Below, one piece after another: positions 20,755-31,464 of a stretch of DNA of 64,000 bases (the stretch's first letter is position 1; each line of letters starts with the position of its first letter). The notes beneath the pieces are model-generated. The model searched no databases and was not told where the DNA came from. It saw only the letters and a program-made list of their open reading frames with translations. Position numbers and translations under genes: made by a program. The stretch spans positions 2,464,001 through 2,528,000 of the forward strand of contig CAWIAD010000002.1 in NCBI GenBank assembly GCA_963833985.1, read 5' to 3'. The stretch is from an uncultured Planctomycetaceae bacterium. GTDB lineage: Bacteria > Planctomycetota > Planctomycetia > Isosphaerales > Isosphaeraceae.

Positions 20755-22418
20755 ATGATCCAACCGGAGGAGCTGAAGACCGACCTGCCCTTCGGGCCCT
20801 GGTCCTGCCGGGGGTGCGATGTCTGGGACATGCTCCGTGCGGCCGCCAGCGGCGATGCGATCGAGCTGCGCAAACTGCTCCAGCGTGATCCCAACCTGTA
20901 TCGCGCGGAGTACTGGTACACGCAGCCGATCCACCTGGCCGTGCGCGAAGGCCATATCGAGGCGGTTCAGATCTTGCTCGACGCCGGCGCGGACCCGGCC
21001 GCAGTGGGTCTTCAGGACGACTTGCTCGTCACGGCGCGCGATCGCGGACACGAGCTGGTGGCACAGCTTCTTGAAGAAGCGCGTGCCCGGCGCAGGAGTG
21101 CGGTCCCAGCCGCGGCCGACCACGCCATTCACCGGGCGGCTGCCGCCGGCGATGTGGTGGAGATTTGCAGCCTCCTGGACAGCGATCCGCGGCTGGTGGC
21201 TGGCCTCGACCGCACGGGCGGCACACCTCTGCACCGGGCGGTGGCCGCCTCGCGGCGCGATGTGGTCCGGGTCTTGCTGGACCGCGGTGCGGACCTGCAC
21301 GCCGTGCATGGCGATGGTCCCGGCCTTGAAACCGGCTACGCGGCCGTGGGCTTTCAGGCGATTGATCTGGCGCTCTGGAACAGCCCTTTCTGGGGTATCC
21401 GTGGAGACATCGAGACCGCGCAACTGCTCGTCGAGCGCGGCGCGGCCTGTGATGTGGTCATTGCATCCGCCCTCGGCGACCGCGCACGGGTGACGGACAT
21501 CCTCAATGAGAACCCACGGCAGATCTCGACCGCCCGACCCTCCGGCAAGCGCGCCCTCTCGTCCGCGGTCGAATTCGGGCATGATGACATCGCGCGCCTC
21601 CTGCTGGACCGCGGCGCCGATCCGAACTGGCCCGAGGGCGCCATGGCGCCGCGCGGAGCCGCTTTGCACGCCGCGGCCCGGAAAGGAAACCGGCCGATCG
21701 TGCAGCTCCTGCTCGAGCATGGAGCCGATCCCAATAGCGGGATTGATTCCTGTGGAAGCGCCACGTATGCGGCATCCTCAAGCGAGTTACGCGCGCTGCT
21801 GTTCGAGCGCGGAGGATCACTCGACGCGTTCGACCTGGTGTGGATGGGCGAGGAGGACGAGGTCGTGCGCCGGGTGAGCGCGGACCCGGCGGCCGCGAAT
21901 ACGGGTTGCGGTGGCGTGTTCACCGCGGCGTGCAAGCTGGGGAAGGCGGGACTGGTGGGCCGTCTGCTGGAAGCCGGGCGCGGGTCCCGCCGATGCTCAC
22001 GGCCTGCCGGTCGTACCTGATGCACGACCCGGAGTGCCTCCGTTTGCTGCTTGCCGGCGGAATGGACGCCAACCTGCCCAACTGGCAACGGATGACGCCC
22101 CTGCACGACCTCTGCGGGCGAGACAGCCGGGGTCGAGCCCATCCCCAGCGCAGCCAGTGCGCGGGCATTTTGATTGAAGCCGGTGCCGACGTCCATGCGC
22201 GTGATGACCATTATCGTTCGACTCCGCTCGCCTGGGCGGCCCGGTGCGATTTGCCAGAAATGGTCGAGCTGCTGCTCTCCAGCGGAGCCCCGGCCATCGA
22301 GGCGGACGCAGAGCCCTGGGCCACGCCCCTGGCATGGGCGTTACGGCGCGGGCATGCCCGGATAGCCGACATCCTGCGCGTGGCGGGGGCAACGGACCCA
22401 ACGATCCGCACCGCCTGA
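20755..22418 (+). CDS. Ankyrin-repeat protein (frameshift near 21978)
   Basis: Many ankyrin motifs (PIHLAVREGH, TPLHRAV, ALHAAARKGN, TPLAWAA, TPLAWAL) across ORFs 20755..22020 and 21840..22418. Confidence 0.88.
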
Positions 22419-22422
22419 CCGG

Positions 22423-24151
22423 TCATTGCTCCGGGGGTTCGACCAGTTCGTCGTATTTCGGGTACCAGATGAAGCTGTCGAGTACCGATGCGATGGACTG
22501 GTCAGGGATCATCCGGCCCAGGTTCAGCCGCCGGGCCTCGCCAATAACGCTGGCGGCGATACTACGGGCAACGAGGCGCAGCCGGCTCTGGTCGGGATAG
22601 ATCCGGCCGACGGCCAGATCCTCGTCGGTGACACAGGCCGCGAGGGTCTCGGCGGCGGCAAGGAACATCGAGTCGCTCACCTCGTGGGTCTCGGAGAGGA
22701 TTGCCCCCAGGCCGATTCCTGGAAAGATATAAACATTATTGGCCTGTCCGATGTGCCGTACCGCGCCGTCGAACTCGAGTGGTCCGAACGGACTGCCGGT
22801 GGCCACGATGGCGCGGCCGTCGGTCCAGTGCAGCGCCTCGTAAGGGCTGCATTCGGTCCTCGATGTGGGGTTCGAGAGCGGCAGGATCACGGGCCGCTCC
22901 ACGTGCCGCGCCATCTCGCGAATGACATCCTGAGTGAAGACGCCGGGGTTGCCCGTGGTGCCGACCAGCACCGTCGGCTTCACATGCGCCGCAACGTCCA
23001 GCAGGGAGAAGGGGCCGTCGCCCGAGAATCCGTAGCGGCCGGCGTCGTCCCGGGACCAGGCGAACTCACTCTTGTAGGGGTCGCGGTCGTCGCGGCGGTT
23101 GAAGACCAGGCCCTGCGAATCGACCATCGCCTGGGCGCGCCGCGTGGCCGTCGCGTCGGCGCCGTCCTTCTCGATGCCCGTTTTCACAAGGCGGGCGATG
23201 CCCACCCCGGCCGCCCCGGCCCCGAGGTAGACGATGCGCTGTTCGGACAGCCGTCCCCCGGTGATCCGCAACGCCGAGAGGATGCCCGCCAGTGTGACGG
23301 CCGCGGTTCCCTGGATGTCGTCGTTGAAGCAGGGGATGCGCTTGCGATAACGGTCCAGCAGCAAGAGGGCCGTGTTCTTGTGGAAGTCTTCCCATTGCAG
23401 CAACGCATGCGGGAAGACCCTGCGCACGCCGTCGACGAACGCCTCGATGAACTGCTCGTACTGCTCGCCGCGGAGCCGGCGGTGGCGATAGCCGCGGTAG
23501 AACGGGTCGGCCAGAAGCTCGACATTGTCGGTGCCGACGTCGAGCGAGATGGGCAGGCAAAGCGCCGGGTGGATGCCGGCCGCCGCCGTGTAGAGGGCCA
23601 GCTTGCCGACCGGAATTCCCATGCCTCCCGCGCCCTGGTCGCCCAGGCCGAGGATCCGCTCGTTGTCGGTGACCACGATCAATCGCACGTCGACGTTCGG
23701 TGCGTTGCGCAGCACGGCGGGGATGTCGGCCACGTCCTCGGGGGTGATCCAGAGCCCGCGTGGGTTACGGACGATGTGGCTGTAAAGCTGGCAGGCTTTA
23801 CCAACCGTGGGCGTGTAGATGATGGGCAGAAGCTCGCTGAAGTTCTCGATCAAGACGCGGTAAAAGAGCGTCTCGTTACGGTCTTGAAGTGCCGCCAGGC
23901 CGATGAATTTCTCCAGGTTGTCGGCCTTCGCGCGCACTGCGCTCGAGCTCAAGGCTCACCTGCTGCTCGATGGTCAGCCGGGCATGCGGCAGGAGCCCGC
24001 GCAGGCCCAGGCGGTCGCGCTCGGCACGGGAGAACGACGCCTCCTTGTTCAGCAGCGGGTCGCGCAGCAGTCGAGTTCCCCGCGGTTCGTGCTCACGCGG
24101 TTCAGGAGTCGAAGCGCGCGCATCCGGGTTCGAGTACCGTCGGGGCGACAT
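22423..24151 (-). CDS. maeA: NAD-dependent malic enzyme (frameshift near 23945)
   Basis: 'LLRDPLLNK...[16 protein letters not shown]' (ORF 23876..24151), then '[13 protein letters not shown]', 'YTPTVG', 'ERILGLGD', 'QWEDF', 'FNDDIQGT', 'GAGAAG', 'LSNPT' and 'QANN.YIFPG'. Confidence 0.92.
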
Positions 24152-24362
24152 GCGTATTCTCCCAGAGATCGGCGGACCGTCGTACTGGCGGGCTGCGACG
24201 CGGCAGCCAGCGGTGCCGACACCGCAAGTCCTCAGGGGACAGCGATGTCTGCTCGGCAGGAATGATTATGACGTCTCCTCGTCTGCAAATCGCGGGTGAG
24301 CCGGCCCGATCACTGCGGCGCGCCGCCACGGCGTCGTGCTGCGGCAACCTCGAGTCCGGGGC

Positions 24363-25019
24363 TCATGACGCCTTCTGCGGTGCGGGCTGGGCGGTGCCCT
24401 GTTCCAGTTCGCTGAGCCGCTCTTCGAGCCGGTCCAGGGAAGTGCGTTCATCCGATGCGCTTCGCGCTGGCTCGGAGCCCGGGGTCTGAGCTGGCTTGCG
24501 AAGTTTCGGAGTGTGCTCCTCCAGCCGCTCCAGCCGCTCCTCGATTTCCGAAATTCGGGTCCCCAGCTCGGCCCGCGAAGATGTCATCGATGAAGCCTCC
24601 GGAGGCCGGCCGGCAGGGAAGGGAAGGGGCGGCGGAATCAGGGCGCGCATCCAGTCCATGGGCGCGAGAAACGGGGAAAGGTGGGCCGGTTGCTGCATCT
24701 GCTCCAGGATCGCCAGGGACTGGCGGAGATAGCTCCGCAAGAAATCCAGGACCAGGTCGTTGGCCTGAAGGATGCCGTGCAGCATCGCCACGGGGAACAT
24801 TTCCATCTTCTCGGGATGCCGCTCGAGCAAGATCTGCGTGAGGATCGATCGGGTCAGGTCTTCGCCGGTCCTGCTGTCGCGCACCTCGATCTTCTTGCCC
24901 GAGAGGACCAGGTCTTCGAGGTCCTGAAGCGTGATGTAACGCCGGGCCTGGCGGTCGTAGAGGCGGCGGTTGGGGTAACGCTTGATGGAGACGACTTCAG
25001 CAGCAGCGGTAGTAGCCAC
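24363..25019 (-). CDS. phaR: Polyhydroxyalkanoate synthesis repressor PhaR-like DNA-binding protein
   Basis: Diagnostic N-terminus IKRYPNRRLYD....YITL.DL..LV..G....V.D..TGEDLTRSILTQI. Probable GTG start at 25019. Confidence 0.85.
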   Translation of the reverse strand: MATTAAAEVVSIKRYPNRRLYDRQARRYITLQDLEDLVLSGKKIEVRDSRTGEDLTRSILTQILLERHPEKMEMFPVAMLHGILQANDLVLDFLRSYLRQSLAILEQMQQPAHLSPFLAPMDWMRALIPPPLPFPAGRPPEASSMTSSRAELGTRISEIEERLERLEEHTPKLRKPAQTPGSEPARSASDERTSLDRLEERLSELEQGTAQPAPQKAS

Positions 25020-25254
25020 GGCGCGGCCCCTTGGCAAGAATTTCCGGGCCGTGCCGTGCGCCGGCAGCCCTCGTCTGCTTGAGTCGGCTGCGATCCGGCG
25101 CGTCGTGGTCACGCTCCCGGCAAGGTCCTCTGGTCATTCTACGAGAGCCCATGATGCAACTGCAATACAGGGTGCCCCGCCGTCCCCTTGAGGACTGCCA
25201 AACTTGTGTCGAATAGCCGAGCGCCGTCAATATTGCGGTCGCAGCATCAGACTC

Positions 25255-25283
25255 TTGACAGGGGCTTCGGACGCGGCGACGAT
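25255..25283 (+). promoter_or_regulatory. Candidate sigma70-type promoter for the phasin-phaC-SDR operon
   Basis: Perfect TTGACA at 25255-25260, 17-nt spacer, weak -10 GACGAT. Confidence 0.35.
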
Positions 25284-25414
25284 GAGGTCTCTAGATCCCT
25301 TCTCGCGCCGGGCTTCTCCGGCTCGGAGCGTTGCAGTGGCCTGACGGAGCTGTGGTATCGGAGCTTGCTCTTCTGGAGGGTGTTGAGGCCGCAGAATCCG
25401 GCGGAGGTTGAACC

Positions 25415-25840
25415 ATGTTCGAGCCGATCTTCGATGAGTATCGCAAGGTGGTGGATACGTCGTTCCGGATGCAGCAGGACCTGTACCGTCAATGGATGAA
25501 CGGCTGGCCGGTCAAGCCTCCGGACATTCCGCACTCGAGTGAACTGGGGGCGACGAAGGAGAAGATCCGAAGCTACCAGAAGAAATGGAGCCAGACCCTC
25601 GCCGAGACGATGGAGAAGCATCGCGAGGTGCTCAACCAGCAGTACAAGAGCGGGATCGACACGATCGCCTCGGCCTTCAAGATGACCGAGGCTCGTACCC
25701 CCGAGGAATACTGGCGGATGACGCAGGAGTTCTGGCGGAAAAGCATCGATTCGTACAAGACCGTTTTCGAGGCGCAGAGCAAGTACGTCGACGGCCTGGC
25801 CCAGATGTGGCTGGAAATGGTCACTCGCGGTAAGGTCTAG
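25415..25840 (+). CDS. Small amphipathic helical protein, phasin- or PhaE-like
   Basis: 141 aa, all-helical, with 'ARTPEEYWRMTQEFWRKS' resembling phasin repeats. RBS GGAGG. Located between phaR and phaC-like genes. Confidence 0.55.
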   Translation: MFEPIFDEYRKVVDTSFRMQQDLYRQWMNGWPVKPPDIPHSSELGATKEKIRSYQKKWSQTLAETMEKHREVLNQQYKSGIDTIASAFKMTEARTPEEYWRMTQEFWRKSIDSYKTVFEAQSKYVDGLAQMWLEMVTRGKV

Positions 25841-25935
25841 GGAGACGCGGACATGGGGCAGCCGCAGAGGGCCGGTCAGCCCGGCCGGGCTGCCCGCGGG
25901 CGCGGCAAGCGGCCGGGTTCGAGGAGCCTGGGACC

Positions 25936-27138
25936 ATGACACCGGTGTTGATGGATCTGGTCCTCGAGCAGCAAAAAAGAGTCTGGACCGAAGCGTGCCG
26001 GCTGGTGCGGTGCGCCTCTCAGGCACCATGGCTCGCCCGCCCCGTAGACTGGCGCCGGGGGCTGGCCACTCCGTACCGCGTGGTGTATGCCATTGGCCCT
26101 GTCCGGCTGCTCCACTTTGAACGCCAGGGCCCTCCGGTCTGGGCCGAGCCAATCCTCATCTGCCCAGCCCCAATCTACGGCCCGGAAATCCTGGATCTGG
26201 CCCCCCGGCGCAGCGTGGTCCGGCACTTGCTCGCCGCCGGGCTGGACGCCTATCTGCTGGACTGGGGCGACGCCCTTCCACTGGATCGCGGCACGGGGCT
26301 GGCAGACCTCGTGAACACGAACCTGAAGAACACCGTCCAGCTCATCCGGCAACGCTCGCGGATGCCCCACTTCCACCTCATGGGCTACTGCCTTGGGGGC
26401 ACGCTGGTCACGATCTTCACCGCGCTTTACCCCGCCGTGGTCAAGGACCTGATCCTCCTGGCGGCGCCGATCGACGCCAGCCGCGATGAGGGCCTGCTGA
26501 AAGCCTGGGCGGTCCAGGGCGGGTACGGAGCGGATGAGCTTCTGAACACCTTCGGCAACCTGAGCCCGTCCGGCTTCCTCCCCCTGCTGCTGGCCCTGCT
26601 CGATCCCGCACAGAAAACTTATGGCGTGCCGGCCGGGCTGGCCGCCGGACTGCGCGACCCGGAGTACCTCGAGAGCCTGATCGCACTGACGCGCTGGGCC
26701 GCCGCTCGCGTCCACGTGCCCCGCGGGGTCTACCGCGACGTTGTCGACTGGATTTACCAGCGGAACATGCTGGCGGAGGGCCGGCTCATGCTCGACGATA
26801 GCCCGGTGCGCCTGAAGCGGGTCGCCTGCTCGTTGCTGCTGCTGACCGCGACGGCCGACCGGCTCGTGCCACCCGGCTCGACGCTCGGTCTCCTGCCGCT
26901 GGCCGGCTCGCGCGATGTCGTCTCGATGGAGCTTGAGGGAGGGCATGAAACACTGGCTTTCGGCCGGAAAGCCCACGAGACGTTCTGGCCGGCGGCCGCG
27001 CAGTGGATCGCCGACCACTCGACACCCAGAACCGGTCCCTGGATTCGACCGGGTGAAAGTGCCTCTGGCCGGCCTCAGTTCGACTTCAACGAGCAGGCTG
27101 ATCCGGCAAGCACGCGTTTTCCGCAACCGACCGGCTGA
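25936..27138 (+). CDS. phaC: PHA synthase, class III/IV PhaC-like (alpha/beta hydrolase with catalytic Cys)
   Basis: 'TPYRVVY...VRLLHF', 'ILDLAPRRSVVRHLL..G.D.YLLDWG', lipase box GYCLGG, 'LAAPID', Asp in ADRLVPP and His in GGH. Confidence 0.75.
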   Translation: MTPVLMDLVLEQQKRVWTEACRLVRCASQAPWLARPVDWRRGLATPYRVVYAIGPVRLLHFERQGPPVWAEPILICPAPIYGPEILDLAPRRSVVRHLLAAGLDAYLLDWGDALPLDRGTGLADLVNTNLKNTVQLIRQRSRMPHFHLMGYCLGGTLVTIFTALYPAVVKDLILLAAPIDASRDEGLLKAWAVQGGYGADELLNTFGNLSPSGFLPLLLALLDPAQKTYGVPAGLAAGLRDPEYLESLIALTRWAAARVHVPRGVYRDVVDWIYQRNMLAEGRLMLDDSPVRLKRVACSLLLLTATADRLVPPGSTLGLLPLAGSRDVVSMELEGGHETLAFGRKAHETFWPAAAQWIADHSTPRTGPWIRPGESASGRPQFDFNEQADPASTRFPQPTG

Positions 27139-27201
27139 GCACCAGGGCTGCGGCAGGCCAGAGCGGCGCGTGGCAAGTCCACCGAGGCAAGAGAGGACAC
27201 C

Positions 27202-28017
27202 ATGAACATTCAGGGTAGATGCGCCATTGTGACAGGTGCGGCCAGCGGCATCGGGCAGGCGGTCGCTCTCGAGCTTGCCGAACGAGGGGCCAAGGCCGTC
27301 GCGCTTGTGGATCGGTCCGAGGATGTGCTCCGGGTCGCGCGGATGGTCAACGACCGCATGGAGACACCCCTGGCCGAGGCGATGATCGGCGATGTGACGG
27401 ACGAGGATTTCCGCCGCAGGACGTTTGACCTGATGTGTGCAAAGTACGGGCCGCCCGGTACTTGCGTGCCCGCGGCCGGCATCACCCGCGATCAGCTTGC
27501 CGTGAAGGTGGACAAGACGACGGGCAAGGCCGTGATCTATCCCCTGGCGAACTTCAAGCTCGTGCTCGATGTCAACCTGGTGGCTCCGGTGTACTGGGGG
27601 ATGGAGATGATCGCCCGGATTGCCGAATATCGCAAGACGCACGGCCTGGGCCGCTGGGACCCTTCCGAGGGCATCCAGGGAACGGTGATCTTCATTGGCT
27701 CGATCTCGTCATCGGGTATTCCGGGGCAGATCTCTTACTCCTCGACGAAGGCTGCCCTGGAGGGCGCCGCGGCCACCCTTGGGAAGGAAGCCATTTACCA
27801 CGGAGTGCGCTGTGCCGTGATTCACCCGGGCTTCACCGACACACCCATGGTGCGGGCGCTGGGCCGCGAGTACATCGAGAAGAACATCCTGCCGTACACG
27901 CAGCTCAAGCGGCTTATCGATCCCGCCGAGATTGCCGATGCGATTTACTTCATGATCTGCAACTCGGCGGTCAGCGGCGAGCTCTGGGCCGATGCAGGCT
28001 GGCATCCGCCGGCCTGA
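27202..28017 (+). CDS. Short-chain dehydrogenase/reductase (PhaB/FabG-like)
   Basis: TGAASGIG, AGITRD, catalytic YSSTK and PGFTDTPMV. Confidence 0.85.
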   Translation: MNIQGRCAIVTGAASGIGQAVALELAERGAKAVALVDRSEDVLRVARMVNDRMETPLAEAMIGDVTDEDFRRRTFDLMCAKYGPPGTCVPAAGITRDQLAVKVDKTTGKAVIYPLANFKLVLDVNLVAPVYWGMEMIARIAEYRKTHGLGRWDPSEGIQGTVIFIGSISSSGIPGQISYSSTKAALEGAAATLGKEAIYHGVRCAVIHPGFTDTPMVRALGREYIEKNILPYTQLKRLIDPAEIADAIYFMICNSAVSGELWADAGWHPPA

Positions 28018-28061
28018 CTTGGCGCCGGCCCGCCACACTCCGGCCGGCCGACGACCCGAGC

Positions 28062-29486
28062 TCATCGGCCGCTCCCCGGCTGCTGTCCAACCGCCGGCTC
28101 GCCGGGGAACCTGCCGATCAGCCGATACATCGTGATCAGTGCCTGATCCAGCATGGCCTCCCCCGCGCCCAGGGCAACCGGCGACATCGGCGCATCGGCG
28201 CCGTAGCCGCCTTCCGCGGCCGCCTCGATCGTCGGAAAGTAAAGCTGGTGGCCGTTGCAGTAGCCGAAAACGAGCACCCAGGGAAGCTCCGCGCGCTGGC
28301 GAAGCCGCACAGCATGACGGCAGAATGGCTCACCGGAGAGCCCCACGATGGCCAGCTCGCCATTGAGCACCACCGTCGTCGCCTCGGTCTTGATCGCGTC
28401 CTGGAACTCCTCCAGGTAATTCTGGATCAGCTCGGGGAAGAACGCCTGGGCATAGAGCAGGGCCGTGATGGCTCCTCGGAAATTCACCCGCGAGGGAAAT
28501 GAGAACTGGTCGATCTTGCCAGCCAAGGAGGGTCTGTGCGGTGCGGCAGTGGTCAGACCGCGCACCAGCCTGAGCACCTGGGCGGCCAGCAGTTCTCCGT
28601 AGATTCTGGGATCACGCTGCTCGGCGGGCGGATTGGGACTCAGATCGCCCGCGGCCCCCTGGATGAACACGCACGGGACGCCCAGCTCTCGTTCGACCCG
28701 GGCACACAGAACGCCGGGGTAATCGGCGGAGAACTTCATCAGCTCCGCTGGCGTCAGGATCGGGTGTGCCGCGTAGTGCACCAGGACGGCCAGCGGCTGA
28801 CCTTCCAGGCTGTCGAACCGCATCACCGTCAGCCGGGGATCGGTGGGACGCTCGGCGCGCCGGGTCTGGCGGTTGCGGTTGAGGTTCAGGTCGCACCCCT
28901 GGATGCCCATCCGGGCCGGACGTCGTGCGGCGTCGGCCTCGACGATCGCCGCCAGGATCGATTCCGGCAATTCCCTGGCATACGCCACGGCGTCGTCGAA
29001 TTTCCCCTTGCCGAATCCTGGCCGATCCGTCAGCTCGATCACCGGCCCGTGGTGCGTATGGCTGCCGCAGACGAGCACATGAGCGATGCCGAGAGCCGCC
29101 GTCCGCTGACGGATTTGCCGCATCATGGCGGGCGTTGGTCCGCGGCCCAGGTCCATCCCGACGATGGCCAGCTTGACGTCGCCAGCTTCAATCACCAGGG
29201 CCCGAGCCCTGAGAGGGTCGAGCACTCCCTCAGAGAGCCGGTCATGACGAGCGCCATAGCCCCAGAGCGGGACGGGTCGGGTCGGGGTGACGTCACGCTG
29301 CGCCACGCCCACCTTGAAGCTGGCTGCGGGGCTGGAGGAGGAATTCGCCCTGGCCGGCGCCGGGGGGTCGGCGGCGTGGAGATCTGTCCCCGTGAGCGAG
29401 CCTGCCGCCACGAAACTCAGTACGAGCTGTGCCGCGCGCGTGACGGCGAAAGCTTGGATGACACCGATCAACCTTCGATTGAACAT
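28062..29486 (-). CDS. Neutral/alkaline ceramidase N-terminal-like metallohydrolase, secreted
   Basis: GVAQRDVTP, DPLRARALVI, SHTHHGP, YAAHP, SADYPG, QGAAGD, GEPF and GYCNG. Confidence 0.8.
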   Translation of the reverse strand: MFNRRLIGVIQAFAVTRAAQLVLSFVAAGSLTGTDLHAADPPAPARANSSSSPAASFKVGVAQRDVTPTRPVPLWGYGARHDRLSEGVLDPLRARALVIEAGDVKLAIVGMDLGRGPTPAMMRQIRQRTAALGIAHVLVCGSHTHHGPVIELTDRPGFGKGKFDDAVAYARELPESILAAIVEADAARRPARMGIQGCDLNLNRNRQTRRAERPTDPRLTVMRFDSLEGQPLAVLVHYAAHPILTPAELMKFSADYPGVLCARVERELGVPCVFIQGAAGDLSPNPPAEQRDPRIYGELLAAQVLRLVRGLTTAAPHRPSLAGKIDQFSFPSRVNFRGAITALLYAQAFFPELIQNYLEEFQDAIKTEATTVVLNGELAIVGLSGEPFCRHAVRLRQRAELPWVLVFGYCNGHQLYFPTIEAAAEGGYGADAPMSPVALGAGEAMLDQALITMYRLIGRFPGEPAVGQQPGSGR

Positions 29487-29848
29487 GATGAGCCGTGGGC
29501 TGCCGGGACCCTTGCGTCGCTGCCCCGCTCGTGTAAAATAGTGCAGCCGCACCGCGGTATGCACATCCTGACCACCGTGTTCTCGGTAACGAAGGCTGCG
29601 GGCCTGAGGCATGGATTGATCCCAGTCTTTTCATTTCAGAGAGATTGAAACGATCGGTCCGGACACTGCTCCTGGACGGGGAGTCATGACGTTTCGCTCC
29701 ACCAGAGGGATGCCGGCGATTCGATGACAACCAGGGCAGGAACTCTTCACCAGCTCATGATTCGCCGGTACGCATGCTCTTCGCAATATTCGATCCCAGA
29801 CTCCGGTTCCGGACGGAGCGAGTCACTCTCAGGCGGAGGCCAGGGTCC

Positions 29849-30148
29849 ATGGCGGATAAGGTGTCCGAGTCCTCTCCGGTCCGGATCATCGGCAGTCGCG
29901 AGCTGCATCAGAACTTACCAGGAATTCTGCGCGACCTGGAGAACGATAAGGCACGCTACGTGCTGACCGTCCACGGCAAGCCGCGCGCCGTCCTGATTGG
30001 CGCAGAGCCCTACCTGAACATGATCCTCGAGGGCCCCAGGCCCAGCGAGGCCCTGGTCGGTCTTCAGCTCACGGCTCTTCTCGGGGGGAACATGGACACT
30101 CATTCCCTCGACGCGTTGGAGCGTGCCCTGGACCCCAATACCGACTGA
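29849..30148 (+). CDS. Phd/YefM-family antitoxin-like protein
   Basis: 'IIGSRELHQNLPGILRDLE....YVLTVHGKPRAVLI' matches the Phd pattern. RBS GGAGG. Confidence 0.7.
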   Translation: MADKVSESSPVRIIGSRELHQNLPGILRDLENDKARYVLTVHGKPRAVLIGAEPYLNMILEGPRPSEALVGLQLTALLGGNMDTHSLDALERALDPNTD

Positions 30149-30181
30149 ACCCGAGCGAGAGCCGCCAGTCACTTGTCGTCG

Positions 30182-30886
30182 TCAGCCGCTCGCCGCCTCG
30201 TCAACCACCTCGGCCGGCGTGGCGGCCGGCCGGCTGTTGCGGGCGGCCAGGCGGGTGCGCACGAAATGCAAAATCGGCGGCAAGACCGAGATCGCGATGA
30301 TGACCAGGATCACCAGGTGGAAGTTCTTCTGCACCGTCTCCAGCCCGCCGAACTTCCACCCGCCCAGCAGGAATAACAGGACCCAGGCCACCCCCCCCGT
30401 GATGTTGTAGACGGCGAAGCGGGCGTACGTCATCTTGCCGATCCCGGCCACGAAGGGGGCGAACGTGCGGATGATGGGCATGAACCGGGCCAGGATGATG
30501 GTGACGCCCCCGTACCGCTCGTAGAACTCGTGTGCCTCCAGCAGGTGTTTGCGGTTCAGCAGCCAGGAATCCTCGCGGGCAAAGACCCTGGGCCCGACGT
30601 GATAGCCGATCGCGTAGTTGACCGCGTCTCCGGCCACGGCCGCGATCACCAGCAGCAGGCAAGTCAGTCCCAGGTTGATCGACGATCCTGGCGCCGCGGC
30701 CACGGCACCCACCGCGAAGAGCAGCGAGTCGCCCGGCAAGAAGGGCGTGGCGACCAGCCCGGTCTCGGCAAAGATGATCGCGAAGAGGATGGCGTAGAGC
30801 CCCGGCCCAACCTGGTTCGCCAGCGCGCCGACGGTCGTCGGATTCAGGTGCACGAGCGTGTCGAAAAGCTGCCTCATCAATTCCAT
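30182..30886 (-). CDS. dedA: DedA (SNARE-associated) family membrane protein
   Basis: IIFAETGLV.TPFLPGDSLLFA.G, GDAVNYAIG, FYERYGG and ARFMPIIRTFAPFVAG. Confidence 0.92.
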   Translation of the reverse strand: MELMRQLFDTLVHLNPTTVGALANQVGPGLYAILFAIIFAETGLVATPFLPGDSLLFAVGAVAAAPGSSINLGLTCLLLVIAAVAGDAVNYAIGYHVGPRVFAREDSWLLNRKHLLEAHEFYERYGGVTIILARFMPIIRTFAPFVAGIGKMTYARFAVYNITGGVAWVLLFLLGGWKFGGLETVQKNFHLVILVIIAISVLPPILHFVRTRLAARNSRPAATPAEVVDEAASG

Positions 30887-30926
30887 CGTCGGCTCCATGA
30901 GCGCCCGGCGCGTGATCGTGGCGCTT

Positions 30927-31364
30927 TCAGTGACTTTCCTCGCTGCCCGCGCCCCGCGTGCGCACAGGCAAACGCACGTTGCGGATACCCGCTGCATCGC
31001 ACACGGAAAGCACGTCGGCCAGGTCCTGGTAGGCCAGCGTGGCCTCACCGCGAATCATCACGCCCTGGTTTGTGTACTGCTGCCGCGCCTGCTTGAGGAA
31101 TGCGCCCAGGCCATCAAGGTCGTACGTCGCCTCGTTCACGGCGACCGCACCGGGACGGAGCACGGTGAGCACCAGGTCGTCGGGTGCGGCTGTCAGGGGC
31201 GCCGCGCTGCCAACTTCGGGGACCTTCACCGCGAATTCGCTCTCGTCCCAATCATAAAGCCGGGTGGCCGCCATGAAGAAGACCAGCAGGCAGAGGATGA
31301 CGTCCACCATGGGCGTCATGTTGATATGGGGCACCTCGTCGCTCTGCAACCGGTTCGTCAGCAT
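30927..31364 (-). CDS. ExbD/TolR biopolymer transport protein
   Basis: INMTPMVDVILCLLVFFM and VMIRGEA. Confidence 0.88.
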   Translation of the reverse strand: MLTNRLQSDEVPHINMTPMVDVILCLLVFFMAATRLYDWDESEFAVKVPEVGSAAPLTAAPDDLVLTVLRPGAVAVNEATYDLDGLGAFLKQARQQYTNQGVMIRGEATLAYQDLADVLSVCDAAGIRNVRLPVRTRGAGSEESH

Positions 31365-31464
31365 GGCGATGCGACTCGAAGTTCCGGGCCGCGCCGCCGC
31401 GGCAAGGCCGGGAGAGGGCAGGCCCGAGGACCATGGGTGATCTCGCTCTGGAATGCGCGGCGGC

